A stretch of DNA of 58,731 bases from Candidatus Methylomirabilota bacterium (GTDB lineage Bacteria; Methylomirabilota; Methylomirabilia; Rokubacteriales; CSP1-6), in NCBI GenBank assembly GCA_046726415.1, contig JBKPAK010000050.1:1-58731 (forward strand). The letters run 5' to 3'. Shown here one piece after another: positions 39,752 through 50,138 of this stretch. Below the pieces are notes generated by a model. The model searched no databases. It saw nothing but the letters and a program-made list of their open reading frames with translations, and was not told the DNA's origin. The translations under genes were made by a program, and so were the position numbers. How positions within the stretch are numbered: the stretch's first letter is position 1; every line of letters starts with the position of its first letter.

Positions 39752-40630
39752 ATGATCGAGGTTCGCCGCCTAGGACCCCAGATCGGTGCCGAGATTCGGG
39801 GCGTCGACGTCAAGACGCTCGACGACGCCAGCTTCGCCGCGATCTATCGCGCCTGGCTCGACTACAACGTCGCGGTGGTGCCGGGCCAGGAGCTCGAGAT
39901 CGAAGACTTCCTGCGCTACAGCCGGCGCTTCGGGCTCGTGCACCCGCACCCGTCGAAGATGACGCGCCACCCCGACTATCCCGAGATCACGCTGTTGGGC
40001 GTCAACAAGGTCGGGCCGGACGGCACCCTCGACATGGCGATTTATCGCCGCGGTGCCGAGGGGTGGCACACCGACGGCGCCTACGATCACGAGCCGTTCA
40101 AGGCAACCCAGCTCTACGCATTGGCCGTTCCCAGCCGGGGTGGCGACACGCTGTTCGCCAGCATGTACGCGGCCCACGAGGCATTGCCGCCACGGCTGAA
40201 GCAGCGCCTCGACGGGCGAAACGGGGCCTTCACCTACGGCGGCCGGCGGAAGGCGACGGCGCTGCTCAACGAGGAGGACCGCGACTGGACGCCGGTCTTC
40301 CATCCCATCATCCGCGTCCATCCCGAGACCGGACGCAAGGCCCTCTACTTCGATCCCGGCAAGATCCTGAGGATCGAGGGACTCGAAGCGCAAGAGAGCG
40401 ATGCGCTGATCGAGGAGCTGAACGGGTACATGATCCAGCCCGACGGCCAATACCGCCACCCGTGGCGCAAGGGCGACATCGTCATCTGGGACAACCGCTG
40501 CTCATATCACAAGGCGGCCGGCGACTACCCGCCCGAGGAAGACCGCATCCACTGGCGCGTGTCGATCAAGGAGCCGCGGGTCGCGCCGCGATACTCCGAG
40601 GCGGTCCTGGCCTCGCGGAGCCGAGACTAG
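39752..40630 (+). CDS. TauD/TfdA family Fe(II)/2-oxoglutarate dioxygenase
   Basis: IGAEI.GVD, WHTD, GGDTLFA, HPIIRVHPETGRKALY, GDIVIWDNR..YH. Confidence 0.93.
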   Translation: MIEVRRLGPQIGAEIRGVDVKTLDDASFAAIYRAWLDYNVAVVPGQELEIEDFLRYSRRFGLVHPHPSKMTRHPDYPEITLLGVNKVGPDGTLDMAIYRRGAEGWHTDGAYDHEPFKATQLYALAVPSRGGDTLFASMYAAHEALPPRLKQRLDGRNGAFTYGGRRKATALLNEEDRDWTPVFHPIIRVHPETGRKALYFDPGKILRIEGLEAQESDALIEELNGYMIQPDGQYRHPWRKGDIVIWDNRCSYHKAAGDYPPEEDRIHWRVSIKEPRVAPRYSEAVLASRSRD

Positions 40631-41258
40631 CCGCCCCGCACGTAGCGGCGGCAGACCAGGCGCAGGTGATCCCGGAAATGCGGTTGCAGGCGGCTGGTCC
40701 ACTCGCTTTCCCGCGCCTTCTTCCACTCGGCCGTCTCCTGCACCTCGGGCGCGGCGAGGTGGTAGAGCGCCACGTACTTGCGATTGCCGCTGGTGCCTCG
40801 GAAGCGGCGGGCGCACAGGACGCCCGGGACGGCGCTGAGCGCCGGAATGTGCTCCTGGTCGTACCACTCGTTGAACTCGGCCTCGAAGGCGGGGGCGATG
40901 TTCATCGCGTTCAACAACAGCCCGCCGGCATCCTCGGGCGGCAGCTGGTCACCGGGAGGATCTGGTCGCCCTCGAACCGCATCAGGCGCTCGACCCGGCC
41001 GGTCACGCGCTTCGACCACGGCGACAGGTTCTCGCCGCCAATCGCCCGATAGGGCGGGCCCTTCAGCACCGCGACACTCTCGAGATCGTAGGTGGCGACC
41101 GAGATCTTGTGGTCGTGGGCTCCGATCCAGCGCTGGCACACGAGGAAACCCGGCACCCGCTGCCGTTCGGGCAGGTGCTCGGTGTCGTACCAGTCGTGGA
41201 ACTCGTCCTCGGCGACCCGCGCCATGTTCATCGCCGCGATCAAAGTGCCCTTCGCCAT
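40627..41258 (-). CDS. Tandem EthD/DUF4286-like barrel protein with one frameshift near 40952
   Basis: Two repeats, EFHDWYDTEHLPER..VPGF and EFNEWYDQEHIPAL..VPGV, in different frames and joined by adding one base. Confidence 0.7.
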
Positions 41259-41384
41259 GATGACGCCCTCCCCCTGTCGTCCGCTCCACCGCGCTGCCCA
41301 TCGCGCGTGAGGCGTGAGGCCACTACTCCACCAGAGCCGGCGGCGTATGGCAATCCCGCGAGCGAGAACAGCTAGAGGGAAGCG

Positions 41385-41651
41385 ATGAAGAGCTATGTGG
41401 CGGTGTTCGTCAGCGTCCTGCTGTCCGAGTTGGGTGACAAGACGCAGCTGGCGACGTTGATCTTCGCGACCAATCCCGGCATCAGCCGGATCGGCGTGTT
41501 CCTCGCCGCCGCCGCTGCGCTCGTGATCTCCAGTGCGGCCGCGGTCGTCGTGGGGGCACAAATCGGCGATTGGCTCCCCACCAAGGCCCTGAAGGTGGTG
41601 GCGGGGCTCGCCTTCATCGCCATCGGGGCCTGGGTGATCTGGTCCCGCTAA
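41385..41651 (+). CDS. UPF0016/GDT1/TMEM165 family, single-repeat protein
   Basis: ELGDKTQLAT motif, three TM segments, 88 aa. Confidence 0.9.
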   Translation: MKSYVAVFVSVLLSELGDKTQLATLIFATNPGISRIGVFLAAAAALVISSAAAVVVGAQIGDWLPTKALKVVAGLAFIAIGAWVIWSR

Positions 41652-41666
41652 TCGTGTCGTCGCGCT

Positions 41667-42098
41667 CTAGACATGCAGCACCAGCGCGGGAATCGAGGTC
41701 TTGCCCATCACCCGCTCCGCCACCCCCGCTGACAGTACGGAGCGCAGCCAGCCCTGCCGCGACGTCGCCAAGGCGATGAGATCCGCGTCGAAGGCTTCGG
41801 CTTCGAGGAGAATCTCCTCGACAGGATCCCCGAAGCGAACCCGGCTCTCCACGGGAGCGTGGACGAACTGGGCTTCGAGTCGCGCCAAATCGGACAACCC
41901 GGCGGCCGTCACTCGAGCCATCTCCTGGTCGACGTAGGCGATCGTGCGCCCATAGGGGCCAACGACGAGCTCGGGCACCGGGGCAACGCGGAGCAGACGG
42001 ACGCTGGCGCCGTTCTGGGAGGCGAGGGCGGCCACAACCGGAACGATCGCCTCGCTCGACTCTCGGCCGTCGACTGGTACGAGAATATGCTTCGGCAT
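41667..42098 (-). CDS. Universal stress protein
   Basis: HILVPVDG, GDPVEEIL, ADLIAL, GVAERV; GGAGGG RBS. Confidence 0.9.
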   Translation of the reverse strand: MPKHILVPVDGRESSEAIVPVVAALASQNGASVRLLRVAPVPELVVGPYGRTIAYVDQEMARVTAAGLSDLARLEAQFVHAPVESRVRFGDPVEEILLEAEAFDADLIALATSRQGWLRSVLSAGVAERVMGKTSIPALVLHV

Positions 42099-42297
42099 GA
42101 GATGGTATCCCTCCAGCCTTGCGATGCGTCGACGACAGCAGAGCGATTCCCGGCAGAGAGCGTTCTCATCGCGGCGTTGCCGGCCCGCGAATCGGTGGCG
42201 ACGGGCGTCGCTTTGGATGCGCAATGGCCGACATTGGATTCTTCGACGCCAGGGTTAGCCCCGTCGTCGGCCCAGCGAATGCCGCATAATACGGCGC

Positions 42298-43092
42298 ATG
42301 CAACCTCGCGAGACGGTCATCCGGGTCGGCGACATCGACGTTCCCACGTGGATCGGCGGACAGGGCCATCCGCTGCTGGTCCTCCACGGCGCCGGGGGGA
42401 ACCGGGGATGGACGTGCTGGATCCAGCAGGTATCCCAACACTTTGCGGTGTGGGCCCCCACGCATCCGGGTTTCGGACGGTCGAGCGACGCCGACTGGAT
42501 GGAGGGCATCGACGACCTGGCCCGCTTCTATCTCTGGTTCATCGACGCCGCCGGCCTGGGCCGGCCACATCTGCTCGGCCACTCGATCGGCGGCTGGACG
42601 GCCGCCGAGATGGCCGCGATGAGCCCGCGCTCGATGGAGCGACTCATCCTCGTGGCGCCGGTTGGCCTGAAGCCGGAGGCGGGCGAGATCCTCGACATCT
42701 TCTACTACCCGCCGCCGCAGCTTCTCGGCATGACCGTCCACGATCCGTCGAGCATTCCCGAGTGGAACGAGCTCTTCGGCCGCCCGCCCACACCGGAGGA
42801 AGCCGAGATCGCGGAGCGCAACCGGGAGATGACCGCGCGACTCACCTGGAAGCCGTATATGCACAACCCGCGACTCGCCCGCTTCCTGCCGCGGGTGACG
42901 AACCCGACCTTGATCGTCTGGGGCCGCGAGGACCGTATCGTGCCCCTCGACTGCGGCGAACAGTACGCGCGGCTCATGCCGCACGCCACCCTGACGGTGC
43001 TCGAGCGCTGCGGCCACCTGCCACCGCTCGAGCAGCCCGACGCCTTCGGGCGTTTGCTGGTGGACTTCCTGAGAGGACCCGTCCGGTCATGA
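42298..43092 (+). CDS. Alpha/beta hydrolase
   Basis: LLVLHG, HPGFGRS, GHSIGG, WGREDRIVP, CGHLP; ATGA overlap with the next gene. Confidence 0.9.
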   Translation: MQPRETVIRVGDIDVPTWIGGQGHPLLVLHGAGGNRGWTCWIQQVSQHFAVWAPTHPGFGRSSDADWMEGIDDLARFYLWFIDAAGLGRPHLLGHSIGGWTAAEMAAMSPRSMERLILVAPVGLKPEAGEILDIFYYPPPQLLGMTVHDPSSIPEWNELFGRPPTPEEAEIAERNREMTARLTWKPYMHNPRLARFLPRVTNPTLIVWGREDRIVPLDCGEQYARLMPHATLTVLERCGHLPPLEQPDAFGRLLVDFLRGPVRS

Positions 43093-44219
43093 AGCTCTAC
43101 TACTTCAGCGAGATGCCGCACCACGAGTTCCCCGACGAGGAAGGGGCGAAGTACCCCTCGCTCCGGCTGGAGATGCCGAACCGGTTCTTCAGCCCGGACA
43201 AGGCGCAGGCGAACTACCGGCGTTACCTCGACGAGTACGAGCTGGCAGACCAGGCGGGCTTCGATGGACTCATGCTCAACGAGCACCACTCGACGCCGTC
43301 GTGCGTGAACGTGGGCGTGAACATGACCGCCGCCGTGCTCGGGCGGACGACGAAGCGCGCCAAGCTGCTCCTGCTCGGCAACATCCTGCCCATCGAGGAC
43401 AACCCGGTGCGGATGGCCGAGCAGATCGCCATGGCCGATCTCATCTCGAGCGGCCGCGTGCTCTCCGGATTCGTGCGCGGCGTGGGCGTCGAGACCTGGT
43501 GGGCCAACGCGAATCCCGTGCACAACCGCGAGCGCTTCGAGGAATGCCACGACTTGATCTTGAAGTGCTGGACGACGCCGGGGCCCTTCCGCTGGGAGGG
43601 CCGCCACTACCACTTCCGCCACGTCAACCCGTGGTGTCTGCCGGTCCAGAAGCCGCACCCTCCCGTCTGGATCCCTGGCACGGCGAGCCCGGAGACGGCG
43701 ATCTGGGCCGGCCGCCGCGGCTACACCTACGTGCCGTTCCTGGTGCCCTTCGAAGTCGCGCGCGAGCTGTTCGACTACTACCGACAGGGCGCGGCCGAGG
43801 TCGGGCGGGCGGTGACCGAGGACAACCTCGGGTTCCTGATCTGCGCCGTCGCCGCGGACACCCGCGCCAAGGCCCTCGAGGCGGGCCGGCATTTCATCTG
43901 GCGTATGGGCCCGACCCTGCGCGGGCCCGTCGAGTATTTCTCGCCGGTCGGGATGCGCTCGCAGGCAGGGCGGCAGTTTGCTCTGCGGGCGCGCCCGCGG
44001 TCGCTGGCGACGATGAGTTACGAGGAGCTGGTGGACGGGCACTTCATCGTCGCTGGCACCCCCGACGAGGTCACTGACCGCTTCGCCCACGTGCGCCGCG
44101 AGCTGGGCATCGGCCATCTTCTCCTCGAAGCCCAGGAGTCGCGGATGGATCACCCGACGACGATGCGATCGATCGAGCTGATGGGCGCCAAGGTCATCCC
44201 CGCGGTCGCCCCCCTGTAG
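43089..44219 (+). CDS. Luciferase-like (LLM class) flavin-dependent monooxygenase
   Basis: MLNEHH, NPVRMAEQIAMADLISSGR, PVQKPHPPVW. Confidence 0.92.
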   Translation: MKLYYFSEMPHHEFPDEEGAKYPSLRLEMPNRFFSPDKAQANYRRYLDEYELADQAGFDGLMLNEHHSTPSCVNVGVNMTAAVLGRTTKRAKLLLLGNILPIEDNPVRMAEQIAMADLISSGRVLSGFVRGVGVETWWANANPVHNRERFEECHDLILKCWTTPGPFRWEGRHYHFRHVNPWCLPVQKPHPPVWIPGTASPETAIWAGRRGYTYVPFLVPFEVARELFDYYRQGAAEVGRAVTEDNLGFLICAVAADTRAKALEAGRHFIWRMGPTLRGPVEYFSPVGMRSQAGRQFALRARPRSLATMSYEELVDGHFIVAGTPDEVTDRFAHVRRELGIGHLLLEAQESRMDHPTTMRSIELMGAKVIPAVAPL

Positions 44220-44275
44220 CGCGCAGGGGGACCACGCGGGCGACCTTTCCGAGCGCCGGGCAAGGAGGAGCCGAT

Positions 44276-45046
44276 ATGCGTTTAGAGGGAAAGTTCGCGC
44301 TGATCACGGCAGCGGCCTCGGGCATCGGTCACGCGGCAGCCGTCCTCTTCGCCCGGGAAGGAGCGGCCGTTGCCGTGGCCGATATCGACAAAGGGCGCAT
44401 CGGCGACACGGTGGCCGAGATCACCAAGGCCGGGGGGCGGGCCCACGCCATCCCGTGCGACTTGACGAAGGACGCCGACAGCAAGCGCATCGTGCGGGAG
44501 GCGATCGGCGCCTTCGGAGGTCTCGACATCCTGTGGAACAACATCGGGCACCCTGGTCCCGGACGGGTCGAGGGCGTCGACATGGACGACTATGACATCG
44601 CCATGACCCTCAATCTCCGGAGTGTTCTCATCACCACGGCCGAGGCGATCCCGGCGCTGCGCGCGAGGGGCGGGGGGAGCATTCTGTTCACCAGCTCGAT
44701 CGCCGGGATCTATGGATCCCCGTTCAGTCCGGTGTACTCGGCGGCCAAGTTCGGCGTCACCGGGCTCACCAAGTCGCTGTCGATCCGCCTGGCCCCGGAC
44801 AACATCCGAGTCAACTGCGTCTGTCCGGCGCCGATCGACACCCCCATGCTCGACATCTTCATGGGCCGTCCCGACGTCGAGGCCAACAAGCACGAGAACC
44901 TCGCGCGCATGAAGCAGGTGATCCCGCTCGGGCGGGTGGGGACGCCCATGGAGGTGGCGCAGGCGGGCCTGTTCCTCGCATCGAACGACGCCAGCTACAT
45001 CACCGGTGTCTCCCTTCCCGTCGACGGCGGCTATACCGCCCGGTAG
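44276..45046 (+). CDS. Short-chain dehydrogenase/reductase
   Basis: TAAASGIG, YSAAK, IRVNCVCP, VDGG. Confidence 0.93.
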   Translation: MRLEGKFALITAAASGIGHAAAVLFAREGAAVAVADIDKGRIGDTVAEITKAGGRAHAIPCDLTKDADSKRIVREAIGAFGGLDILWNNIGHPGPGRVEGVDMDDYDIAMTLNLRSVLITTAEAIPALRARGGGSILFTSSIAGIYGSPFSPVYSAAKFGVTGLTKSLSIRLAPDNIRVNCVCPAPIDTPMLDIFMGRPDVEANKHENLARMKQVIPLGRVGTPMEVAQAGLFLASNDASYITGVSLPVDGGYTAR

Positions 45047-45049
45047 TCG

Positions 45050-45868
45050 GTGAGGGCGCCTGCGGTAGCCTCGACGCCGCAGCGGGCGGGACGCCGCGTG
45101 CCGGGGGGCGAGCTGCGCTCGTGGACGATGTTCGCCGTCACGATGCTCGCGGTGTGGGAAGTGGGCGCCCGCGTCTATGACCAGCCGTACCTCCTCCCTG
45201 CGCCGTCGCAGATGGCCGGCGAGCTCCGCGAGCACTGGCCGCTCGTCCTCGATTACTCGCTGATCACCCTCCAGGAGGTCGTGGTCGGTTTCGCCCTGGG
45301 CGCCGCGGCGGCGCTCCTCGGGGCCATGCTGTTCCTCTGGCTGCCGGGTCCGGTCGAGGACTTCCTGTACCGGGTGGTGGTCACCTTGAACAGCACGCCG
45401 TTTGTGGCCCTCGCCTCGCTGGCCGTGGTCTGGTTCGGGCTCGGCATCACGAGCAAGGTCGTCATCGCGGCGATGTACACGATGTTCGCGGTGCTCTACA
45501 CGACCCACAAGGAGTTCGTCTCGGTAGAGCCGATCCGCGAGCACCTCATGGATATTTACAACGCCACCTGGTGGCAGCGGATGATGCTGCTCAAGATCCC
45601 CTCGGCGCTTCCCATCATCTTCGTGAGTCTCAAGGGCGGGGTCATGGCCGCGGTCAACGGCGCCGTGGTGGGTGAGCTGTTCGGCGCCTTCGAGGGGCTG
45701 GGCTACATGATCCTCGACTCGCGGTATGTCGGAAACACCGTGCGCGTGTTCCTGGCCGCCGTCTGCTGCACGGCGATCGGCTGGCTCTTGCTCGGCGTCG
45801 TCACCCTGGCCGAGCGCGCCATGCTCCCATGGCACGTGAGCATGACGCGAGATCGTGAACTCACATGA
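45050..45868 (+). CDS. ABC permease, NitT/TauT/SsuC type
   Basis: LLPAPS, KIPSALP, AVVGELFG...GLG. Confidence 0.88.
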   Translation: MRAPAVASTPQRAGRRVPGGELRSWTMFAVTMLAVWEVGARVYDQPYLLPAPSQMAGELREHWPLVLDYSLITLQEVVVGFALGAAAALLGAMLFLWLPGPVEDFLYRVVVTLNSTPFVALASLAVVWFGLGITSKVVIAAMYTMFAVLYTTHKEFVSVEPIREHLMDIYNATWWQRMMLLKIPSALPIIFVSLKGGVMAAVNGAVVGELFGAFEGLGYMILDSRYVGNTVRVFLAAVCCTAIGWLLLGVVTLAERAMLPWHVSMTRDRELT

Positions 45869-45907
45869 GGGCGGCCGGCCACCGCCGGCCCGGCAGGAGG
45901 ACTCACC

Positions 45908-46900
45908 ATGCGCACGCCAGTCCGGCTGATCGCCCTGACCCTGGCCCTTTTCGCCGCGGCCCCTCTACCGGCCCCGGCCCAGGATCGGACGAAGGTCACC
46001 GTCTTCGAAGCTTGGTTCATTCACAACGAGTCGATGGGCGCTCCCACGGCGGTGGAGAGGGGCTTCTTCGGTAACCTCGACGTCAAGGTGGTCGGGGGCG
46101 GGCCTGGCCTCTCCCCGATCGACCGGGTCATGGCCGAGGCCAAGAAGGGCGGCGTCGTCTTCGGCGTGGACTACCCCTACAACGTGCTCGAGGCGCGCGA
46201 GAAGCAGAAGCTCCCGCTCGTGGTCGTCGCCCACGACTTTCCAGAAGTCGGCCGTGCGACTGATCTCGTGGAAGGAGATCAAGGGCCCGCGCGACATCCA
46301 GGGGACCGTCGCCACCTGGATCGGCTACGACAAGCAGGTGAAGGCGGCCATCGGACCCGACTGGGCTCAACGGATCAAGATCGTCAACCAGCAGGGTGAT
46401 CCCGCCACCATCGGGTCCTGGCTCAAGAAGGACTATCCGTTCGCTCACGCCATGATCTACAACGAGATCCTGGTCGCCAGGCGCATGGCCAAGGACCCGT
46501 ACTGGACGTACGCGTTCGCCGATTTCGGCATCGACTGGCCGGAGAACGTGGTCTTCACCACCGAGGACGTCGTCAAGAAGCATCCCAAGGTCGTGCAGGC
46601 GTTCGCGGCCGGCCGCTACAAGGGTTACGCGCATGTCTGGCCAATCGCGACGAGGCGGTCCAGATCCTGCTGAAGTACAACAGCAACCTCAAGGGTCAGG
46701 AGAAGCACGAGCTGGAGGGCATGGAGGCGATCAAGTCGGTCATGGTCACCGAGGCCTCGCAGAAGAATGGCCTGGGCTACATCGATCCCGCCGGCTGGGA
46801 CCGCGTGGCCCGCGACCTGACCAAGGCGGGCTTCTATCCCGCGGCGCCCAACGTGAAGGCCGCCTATACCGGCGACTTCAAGAGCGGCGTGATTCCGTAG
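45908..46900 (+). CDS. ABC substrate-binding protein, NMT1/THI5-like, two frameshifts (near 46239 and 46638)
   Basis: Signal peptide, GGPGLSP, VAHDF | QKSAVRLIS...FTTEDVVKKHPKVVQAF | ANRDEAV...GLGYID...GW...VIP*. Confidence 0.72.
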
Positions 46901-46979
46901 CGCCCCGCGGCAGGGCAAGGCGCGCGGCGGTGAGGAGCTCCTCCTCAGACCGGAATTGCGGTCGATGTAGTAGTCCATA

Positions 46980-47798
46980 ATGAGCCGGCCGGTCATCGTC
47001 CTCGAGCACGCCTCGAAGATCTACGGCGGGGCCGGAGGGCGGGGCGACGAGAAGGGACATCTGGCGGTCGCGAACTTCTCGCTGGCCGTCGAACCCGGGG
47101 AGTTCGTGTCGATCGTCGGTCCGTCCGGTTGTGGGAAGTCCACCGTGCTGTTCATGCTGGCCGGCCTGCGACCGCCGACGGCGGGCCGCATCGAACTGTG
47201 CGGCCGGCGTCCGGAGGAGGCTGTCCGCGCCGGTCGCGCCACCGTCATCTTCCAGCAGCCGGTGTTGTTCGAGTGGCTGAGCGTCGAGGAGAACGTCCTC
47301 TTGCCGCTCCGGATGCGGGATCCGCACTGGTGGCTGTGGCGAACTCGTCGGCGCCGCTACCTCGAACACGCCCGCCAGGCCCTGGCCACCGTGGAACTCG
47401 ACGGATTCGGCCACTTCTATCCGGGCGCGCTGTCCGGTGGAATGCAGCAACGGGCGGCCCTGGCGCGAGCCCTGACCCTGGCGCCGGAGGTGCTGCTGCT
47501 CGACGAGCCCTTCGGCGCGCTCGACGAGATCACCCGCGAGCGGATGAACCGCGAGCTGCTGCGTCTCTTCGAGGGGCGCGGCCTCACCGTGGTGTTCGTG
47601 ACGCACTCGATCGAGGAGGCGGTGTTCCTCTCCGACCGCGTGGTGGTCATGAGCCGCGGCCCGTCGGTGCTCACCGGGACCAGCATCGTGCGGGTAGTCG
47701 TGGTCCGGCTGCCACGGCCGCGCGAGGTCGCCGTCAAGGAAGAGGTGGCCTTCTTCGAGACGGTACGGGAGGGGCGAGAGGCGCTACGCCAGGCGTAG
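46980..47798 (+). CDS. ABC ATP-binding protein, NitT/TauT type
   Basis: GPSGCGKST, LSGGMQQR, LLLDEPFGALD, VTHS. Confidence 0.93.
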   Translation: MSRPVIVLEHASKIYGGAGGRGDEKGHLAVANFSLAVEPGEFVSIVGPSGCGKSTVLFMLAGLRPPTAGRIELCGRRPEEAVRAGRATVIFQQPVLFEWLSVEENVLLPLRMRDPHWWLWRTRRRRYLEHARQALATVELDGFGHFYPGALSGGMQQRAALARALTLAPEVLLLDEPFGALDEITRERMNRELLRLFEGRGLTVVFVTHSIEEAVFLSDRVVVMSRGPSVLTGTSIVRVVVVRLPRPREVAVKEEVAFFETVREGREALRQA

Positions 47799-47846
47799 CG
47801 GGCGCCTCGAAGGTCGATGGCAGGAGGAGCGCGGGGCGGGGGTGTG

Positions 47847-47875
47847 TTGCCGAGATCTGGTGCGCGTGTTAGAGT
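47847..47875 (+). promoter_or_regulatory. Sigma70-like promoter for the Liv-type operon
   Basis: TTGCCG-17 nt-TAGAGT with an extended TG. Confidence 0.45.
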
Positions 47876-47947
47876 TCGCGCCAGCTTTTCAGCGCGTCCC
47901 GCTCATCGTCGAGCCGTCGCCAACGCACTGACCGGAGGGCCGACCCG

Positions 47948-49204
47948 ATGAAGACTGTCACGCGCCACAACGTCTTCGCCGTGAAGACTGTCACGCGCCG
48001 CCACTTCCTCGCCGCCACCGCCGCCGGGGCCACTGGCCTTCTGAGCGCGCCCACCCGCGGCACCGCGCAGGGCAAAGAGATCGTGATGCTGGGCATCTGG
48101 CCGTTCACCGGGCCCTTCGCCGATGTGGGGCCGCTGCTCGACCGGGGCATGCGGCTGGCCATCGAGGAGTGGGGCAACAAGGTCATCGGCCGGCCGATCA
48201 AGTACATCACGCGCGACGACGAGACCAAGGCCAGCTCCGCCACTCGCCGCATGGAGGAGGCCATCGACTCCGAAGGCGTGAAGGTCGTCATCGGTCCCTG
48301 GTCGAGCGGGGTGGCGCTGGCGTGCACCGAGGTGGCCAAGCGGCGCAAGGTCTTCTATTACTTCTCGGGCGGCACCGAGGAGATCGCCGGGAAGCGGTGT
48401 CACCGCTACGGATTCAACTGGGCGGCCTCGCCGTACACGGCGATGCACGTGGTGGTCGACAACTACATGAAGCTCAATCCCGGCCACAAGAAGTGGTACC
48501 TCTTCGTCAGCGACTACGCGTTCGGCTGGTCGGTCGAGAAGTACACGCGCGAAGCCGGACAGAGGCTCGGCATCGAGTTCGTCGGCGCCGACCGCATGCC
48601 GCTCGGCACCCGCGAGTACTCGGGCTTTGTGAGCAAAGCGGCGGCGGCCAAGCCCGACGTGCTGTGCCTGCTCAACGCCGGCCAGGACGTCATCGTGTCG
48701 ATTCGCGAGGCGCATAACTTCGGGTTGGCCCCCAAGGTCGCCATCGTCAACAGCTGGGGGGTGGGCACCGAGGACTTTCTCCAGCTCGATGCCAAGACGC
48801 GCGAGAACATGTGGGTGGGCACCAATGCCTACTACGGCGTCAACACGCCGGTCGCCAAAAGGATGGCCGAGATGTACCAGGCCAAGCACAACGCTCCGCC
48901 CGGCTACGCGCCGTGCGCGGCCTACGGCATGACGCGGCTCACCCTGCGCGCCATCGAGAAGGCGAACAGCGCCGAGCCTGCCGACATCGTGCGCGCGCTG
49001 GAGGGCTGGGACACCCAGGACTGGCCGGGCCGGGTGTGGGTCAACCCGAAGACCCATCAGACCGTGCGCGACTACTTCCTGCTGCGCTGCAAGAAGCCGG
49101 ACCAGATGAAACACCAGTTCGACTTCGCCGACATCGTTGCCGTCAGCAACCAGCCGCTCATGCCGGACAGCATGAACGAGTGCAAGGACATCGGGCAGGT
49201 CTGA
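47948..49204 (+). CDS. Branched-chain amino acid/amide-type ABC substrate-binding protein, Tat signal
   Basis: TRRHFL, PFTGPFA, GRPIKYITRDDE, DYAFG. Confidence 0.9.
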   Translation: MKTVTRHNVFAVKTVTRRHFLAATAAGATGLLSAPTRGTAQGKEIVMLGIWPFTGPFADVGPLLDRGMRLAIEEWGNKVIGRPIKYITRDDETKASSATRRMEEAIDSEGVKVVIGPWSSGVALACTEVAKRRKVFYYFSGGTEEIAGKRCHRYGFNWAASPYTAMHVVVDNYMKLNPGHKKWYLFVSDYAFGWSVEKYTREAGQRLGIEFVGADRMPLGTREYSGFVSKAAAAKPDVLCLLNAGQDVIVSIREAHNFGLAPKVAIVNSWGVGTEDFLQLDAKTRENMWVGTNAYYGVNTPVAKRMAEMYQAKHNAPPGYAPCAAYGMTRLTLRAIEKANSAEPADIVRALEGWDTQDWPGRVWVNPKTHQTVRDYFLLRCKKPDQMKHQFDFADIVAVSNQPLMPDSMNECKDIGQV

Positions 49205-49238
49205 CCGCGGAGGGGGGCTTGGCCCACCTTCCGGCGGT
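49204..49238. other. Intercistronic hairpin after the SBP gene (REP-like or mRNA-stabilising)
   Basis: ACCGCGGAGGGGGGC-TTG-GCCCACCTTCCGGCGGT imperfect stem. Confidence 0.5.
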
Positions 49239-49265
49239 CGGGCGCGCGGACCGGCGAGCGCGGTC

Positions 49266-50126
49266 GTGAATCTGGCGCTGGTGGCGGGCGCGGTGCTGAA
49301 CGGGCTGGTGACGGGGATGCTGTACGCCCTGATGGGCGTGGGCTTGTCGCTGATTCTCGGTTTGCTGGCCATCCCCAATTTTGCGCATGGCGTCCTCTAT
49401 GCGCTCGGCGCGTACGTGCTGGTCTCGGCGTCGAAGGCCGTCGGCTTTCTCGGGGGCGCCCTGGCCGCGCTGGCCGCCGTCGCGCTGCTCGGCGCGGCCA
49501 TCGAGTACTTGGGCGTGCGACGCCTCTATCGCGTCCATCCCGACTACACGCTGTTGCTCACCTTCGGCCTTTCGCTCATCCTGACCGAGGCCATCATCCT
49601 CGTCTGGGGGCCGGTCGGCATCACGTTCCAGCCGCCGCCGATCCTGACCGGCGGCATCGACCTCGGCGTGACGGTCTATCCGAAATACCGGCTCGCCGTG
49701 ATGCTCGTGACCACCGCGCTCGTGTTGGGGTCGTACCTCTTCGTCACGCGCACCCGCTACGGCGCGATCATCCGGGCGGGCATCGAGGACAAGGACATGG
49801 CCGCCGCGCTCGGCATCGACATCCGCCGAGTGTTCACCTTGACGTTCGCGGCCGGCGCCGGGCTCGCTGGCCTCGGCGGGGCGCTGATGGTGCCGGTGCG
49901 AGGTCTCCTGCCGACGATGGGACTCGACATCTTGCCGTTCGCGTTCGTCGTCGTGGTGCTGGGTGGTCTGGGTAGTCTTCCCGGGGCGATCCTCGCCGGG
50001 CTGCTCGTTGGCGTTGTCCAGTCGCTCATGACGGCCATCTGGGCACCGGGCGCCGACGCCTCAGTGTTCGCGCTGATGACCCTCGGGATCATCGCGCGGC
50101 CCCAGGGTCTCCTCGGCCAGCGATGA
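49266..50126 (+). CDS. livH: Branched-chain ABC permease, LivH type
   Basis: GLSLILG..NFAHG, G.IIRA, VVLGGLGS. Confidence 0.9.
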   Translation: MNLALVAGAVLNGLVTGMLYALMGVGLSLILGLLAIPNFAHGVLYALGAYVLVSASKAVGFLGGALAALAAVALLGAAIEYLGVRRLYRVHPDYTLLLTFGLSLILTEAIILVWGPVGITFQPPPILTGGIDLGVTVYPKYRLAVMLVTTALVLGSYLFVTRTRYGAIIRAGIEDKDMAAALGIDIRRVFTLTFAAGAGLAGLGGALMVPVRGLLPTMGLDILPFAFVVVVLGGLGSLPGAILAGLLVGVVQSLMTAIWAPGADASVFALMTLGIIARPQGLLGQR

Positions 50127-50138
50127 GCTGAGGCGCCG

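Noticed and set aside
41385..41651. Half-size GDT1 as a truncated pseudogene or novelty
   Set aside because: Single-repeat UPF0016 proteins are an established bacterial form.
50123..50131. ATG-AGC-TGA micro-ORF between livH and livM
   Set aside because: Easily arises by chance; livM has GAGG before GTG 50139.
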